Under the pieces are notes generated by a model, which was not told where the DNA came from, did no database searches, and saw nothing but the letters and a program-made list of their open reading frames with translations. The position numbers and the translations under genes are program-made. Positions 32,350 through 34,850 of a stretch of 34,850 bases of DNA are shown in pieces (within the stretch, counting starts at the first letter, position 1; each line of letters starts with the position of its first letter). Location: positions 1 through 34,850 of the IMG/VR virus record IMGVR_UViG_3300038673_000123; one strand, written 5' to 3'. Origin of the DNA: a virus (Duplodnaviria; Caudoviricetes).

Positions 32350-32840
32350 TTAACAACGATATTGATGCTTTGTACTTACGATTGGCCCGCGTTGATCACG
32401 GGAGCCTGCGCCGTCTGATGGCACGTCTTGACGAGATGATTGACGGTAGGATTGATGAGGCGCGGGAATGGCTCGTGTCACGTGGATGGGTCGAGGTCGA
32501 GGCCGTCCCGAATGACGCCATCGTTGCTGATGATAAAAAAACGTACCTTCCAGACGGGCGCGAGGTCATGCCTGCACAAGGCAAGCTGTGGGTGCTCTCG
32601 CAGGATGAGCACGCACGCCGGCTGGCAGTGCGCATGGATAGATCGCGCGAGCCAAAAGAGGCGCGGGAGCAACCAATATCGCCAGCAACATGCGCGGCTG
32701 TCATCGATGGGCAGTTATGCGGCGGAGAGCTAACGCGGAAGCCAGTGTGCCCGCGGTGCGCTCTTGGCAAGCATGGCGTGTCCGCAACGCTGACGTGTGA
32801 TGTCTGCGGTACTGTAACTGCGGAGATGATGCCGCGATGA
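32346..32840 (+). CDS. Hypothetical protein with C-terminal zinc ribbon
   Basis: C..C, CPRC, CDVCG; ATGA coupling. Confidence 0.6.
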   Translation: MINNDIDALYLRLARVDHGSLRRLMARLDEMIDGRIDEAREWLVSRGWVEVEAVPNDAIVADDKKTYLPDGREVMPAQGKLWVLSQDEHARRLAVRMDRSREPKEAREQPISPATCAAVIDGQLCGGELTRKPVCPRCALGKHGVSATLTCDVCGTVTAEMMPR

Positions 32841-34528
32841 TCCGCGCTATCCGTCCAAACGCAATGGCCCAGGATGACGCCGCGATGGCCAGCGGCTGGA
32901 ACGTCGCCCCGAACCTCGCGTATGTCCTGCACTTGCTCCCCGGCCCTGCGTCATGCGGCGCCTTGCTCTATGGCGAGGACGGCTCGACGCTTATCGCCAC
33001 GGGCGCGGCTCTCGTCGGCACCGCGCAGCCGTGCGTCCTGATCCCCCAGTCCGGCCAGACGGTTGAGATGGTGGATGCCGACCTCGGATGGCATCTGCTC
33101 CTGACGACCACGGGCACGGAGAGCCACCGCACGATCCGCATCGGTCCCGCCGTTGACCTCCCTGACGAGATCCATCCCGTCTACGGTGACGATGACATTG
33201 CCCTGGCCCGTGCGACTGCGGCCATTGACGCGGCGGCGCATTACGTCGACGACGTGACCGTGACTTGTCCGCTCGGACTCGGTGCTGGCTTGGGCGACGT
33301 TGTGAGCGTGCCAGTGGATGGCGGTGCGGTGGTCGGCCAGGTTGAGAGTATCACATGGACCGCGACGCCGGACGGGACGACAGAGACAGCGGTGATTCGA
33401 CGGCATGTGGCCATCGCGCCCGAGGCTTTTGCAGAGATCGCACCGCCGATGGTCGCGGATGACTCTGGCACGGCCACGCATCTGGTCGGGACGAGCGGCA
33501 ACGTGCTGGCAAACGACGAGGCGGGGCTCACCGTCACTGCGGTCAACGGGTTGACTGCAAACGTCGGAACGGCGGTGGATGGCGACAACGGTGGGTCGTT
33601 TACCATCGCCTCCGACGGATCGTGGACATTCTCGCCCGATGGAGATTTTGCACTACTCTCCGGCTCCGAGACTGCCGATACATCTGTCACATACCACGCA
33701 TCGGACGGCACAGCAGAGGCCATGGCGACGCTGACGGTGACGGTGAGCAGCGGGGCCGCGCCTGAGTTGTGGACTCCTGCGGAGATCGCAACGGCGATCT
33801 GGCTGGATGCCGCGGACAGTTCGACGATAACGCTCATCGGCTCGGCAGTTAGTAATTGGGCAGACAAGAGCGGGATGGGCCGAGGTGTTGCGCAAGCTGC
33901 TGAGGGGAGTCGGCCAGTATATGACAGCGCGTCAAAATCTGTTAATTTTGACGGGGTTGACGATCATCTCTTTAATTCGCTGCCGTTTATGTACGCGGCA
34001 GGGTGCTCCTATGTCTACTGCGTTGCCAAACCGGTAGATCTTATTAGCAACGCATACTTTTTATCCGAGGGTCGGTCTAGCAATAACAATCCGCTATATT
34101 CTAACATGCGGATGCACGATGGTACAGCAAGCTCGGGTGGTGGGTTTCTGCGCAACGACGTGGGAACAATTAGGCTGGCCCAAACCGTTGGTCAGTTCGC
34201 TGATTTTTGGGTTACAGGGCAAGCGGATATTTTGTCCTCTGAGGATACGGGGACATCTTTTGGGATGAGGAAGAATGGAGGCGTAGCAACATCAGGATCG
34301 TACAGCAGGGCCGGAAGCGTCACGCTCGATCGTTTTTGTGTCGGAGGAATACTGCGAGGCTCGTTTGCCGCCCCGATAAGCATTGATTTGCATGAATTGC
34401 TCGTGCTGACATCCGCGCCTACTGCGGATTTACGACAAAAAATCGAAGGCTATCTCGCCAATAAATGGGGGCTGGCCGCAAAGCTCCCCTCCGACCATCC
34501 CTACAAATCAGCCCCGCCCACAATATGA
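32837..34528 (+). CDS. Tail-associated adhesin/receptor-binding protein (VCBS/cadherin-like Ig domain plus LamG-like C-terminal domain)
   Basis: GNVLAND...GSFTIASDGSWTF...YHASDG; WLDAAD..VSNWADKSG; FDGVDD; IEGYLANKWGL. Confidence 0.7.
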   Translation: MIRAIRPNAMAQDDAAMASGWNVAPNLAYVLHLLPGPASCGALLYGEDGSTLIATGAALVGTAQPCVLIPQSGQTVEMVDADLGWHLLLTTTGTESHRTIRIGPAVDLPDEIHPVYGDDDIALARATAAIDAAAHYVDDVTVTCPLGLGAGLGDVVSVPVDGGAVVGQVESITWTATPDGTTETAVIRRHVAIAPEAFAEIAPPMVADDSGTATHLVGTSGNVLANDEAGLTVTAVNGLTANVGTAVDGDNGGSFTIASDGSWTFSPDGDFALLSGSETADTSVTYHASDGTAEAMATLTVTVSSGAAPELWTPAEIATAIWLDAADSSTITLIGSAVSNWADKSGMGRGVAQAAEGSRPVYDSASKSVNFDGVDDHLFNSLPFMYAAGCSYVYCVAKPVDLISNAYFLSEGRSSNNNPLYSNMRMHDGTASSGGGFLRNDVGTIRLAQTVGQFADFWVTGQADILSSEDTGTSFGMRKNGGVATSGSYSRAGSVTLDRFCVGGILRGSFAAPISIDLHELLVLTSAPTADLRQKIEGYLANKWGLAAKLPSDHPYKSAPPTI

Positions 34529-34536
34529 GGTAACCC

Positions 34537-34791
34537 ATGCCCATCACCCCCTCGTCCATCCTCCCCCGTCGCCAAGTGCCCGAGATCGCCACCGGCCCCG
34601 TCGTCGCTGTCGGCGTCGGCTCTGTGTCGGTGCGCGTGCGGCCCGACCTGACCGTGCTTGTCTCAACACCCGATCCCTACGCCGTGGGCCAGATGGTGTC
34701 CGTGGCCATCCCGTCAGGCAATCTCAGCGCGGCACAGATCATCGGTGGCGCGTCGGGGAGTGCGCCCAGGATCAGGCAGGTGGTGGTTTAG
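34537..34791 (+). CDS. Small beta-rich hypothetical protein
   Basis: GAGGT RBS; last gene of the tail operon. Confidence 0.6.
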   Translation: MPITPSSILPRRQVPEIATGPVVAVGVGSVSVRVRPDLTVLVSTPDPYAVGQMVSVAIPSGNLSAAQIIGGASGSAPRIRQVVV

Positions 34792-34816
34792 CACCATCCG
34801 TGCCATCCCGATTTTC

Positions 34817-34850
34817 GCTAACTGCAAATTACATGCAGTTAGCTTTTTTT
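34817..34850 (+). terminator. Rho-independent terminator ending the late operon
   Basis: GCTAACTGCA-N7-TGCAGTTAGC-T7. Confidence 0.7.

Larger units (their letters stand above)
1..34850. mobile_element. Siphovirus-like phage/prophage genome (nearly complete; integrase/CI not in window)
   Basis: Terminase, portal, MuF, scaffold, capsid, neck, tail tube, chaperone, tape measure, endolysin/holin, replication and recombination genes in phage synteny; no sheath gene. Confidence 0.97.

Noticed and set aside
29071-34528. Diversity-generating retroelement acting on tail genes
   Set aside because: No reverse transcriptase and no TR/VR pair differing at adenines was seen.
1-34850. Host assignment
   Set aside because: Cannot be supported from sequence reading alone; needs homology or CRISPR-spacer searches.

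Overview
A GC-rich, near-complete tailed-phage or prophage genome of long non-contractile-tail (siphovirus) type. From left to right it carries: a leftward early recombination operon (DEDD exonuclease, AAA ATPase) behind a long structured leader; divergent promoters with a leaderless Cro-like HTH gene; a SNF2-helicase/DNA-methyltransferase fusion; a replication initiator with phased iterons; RusA; terminase; a lysis cassette placed between terL and portal; a MuF/SPP1-gp7 minor head protein; a leftward accessory operon; and scaffold, capsid, neck, tail tube, frameshifting chaperone, tape measure and tail-tip genes. No integrase or CI-like repressor is visible. The stand-out feature is a 335-aa intein in the MuF gene (15940-16944) with no recognisable endonuclease in its own frame. 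Instead, the opposite strand encodes a 318-aa HTH/NUMOD3/Vsr(DUF559)-like endonuclease, codon-aligned with the intein. Its start codon, Shine-Dalgarno and sigma70 promoter are written into the codons of the intein's C-terminal splicing motifs. Other notable signals are a twice-repeated activator-type late promoter, a hairpin-caged 12-nt complement of the 16S rRNA 3' end, and cassette-like junction repeats in the accessory operon. All family assignments come from motif recognition by eye, not from database searches.
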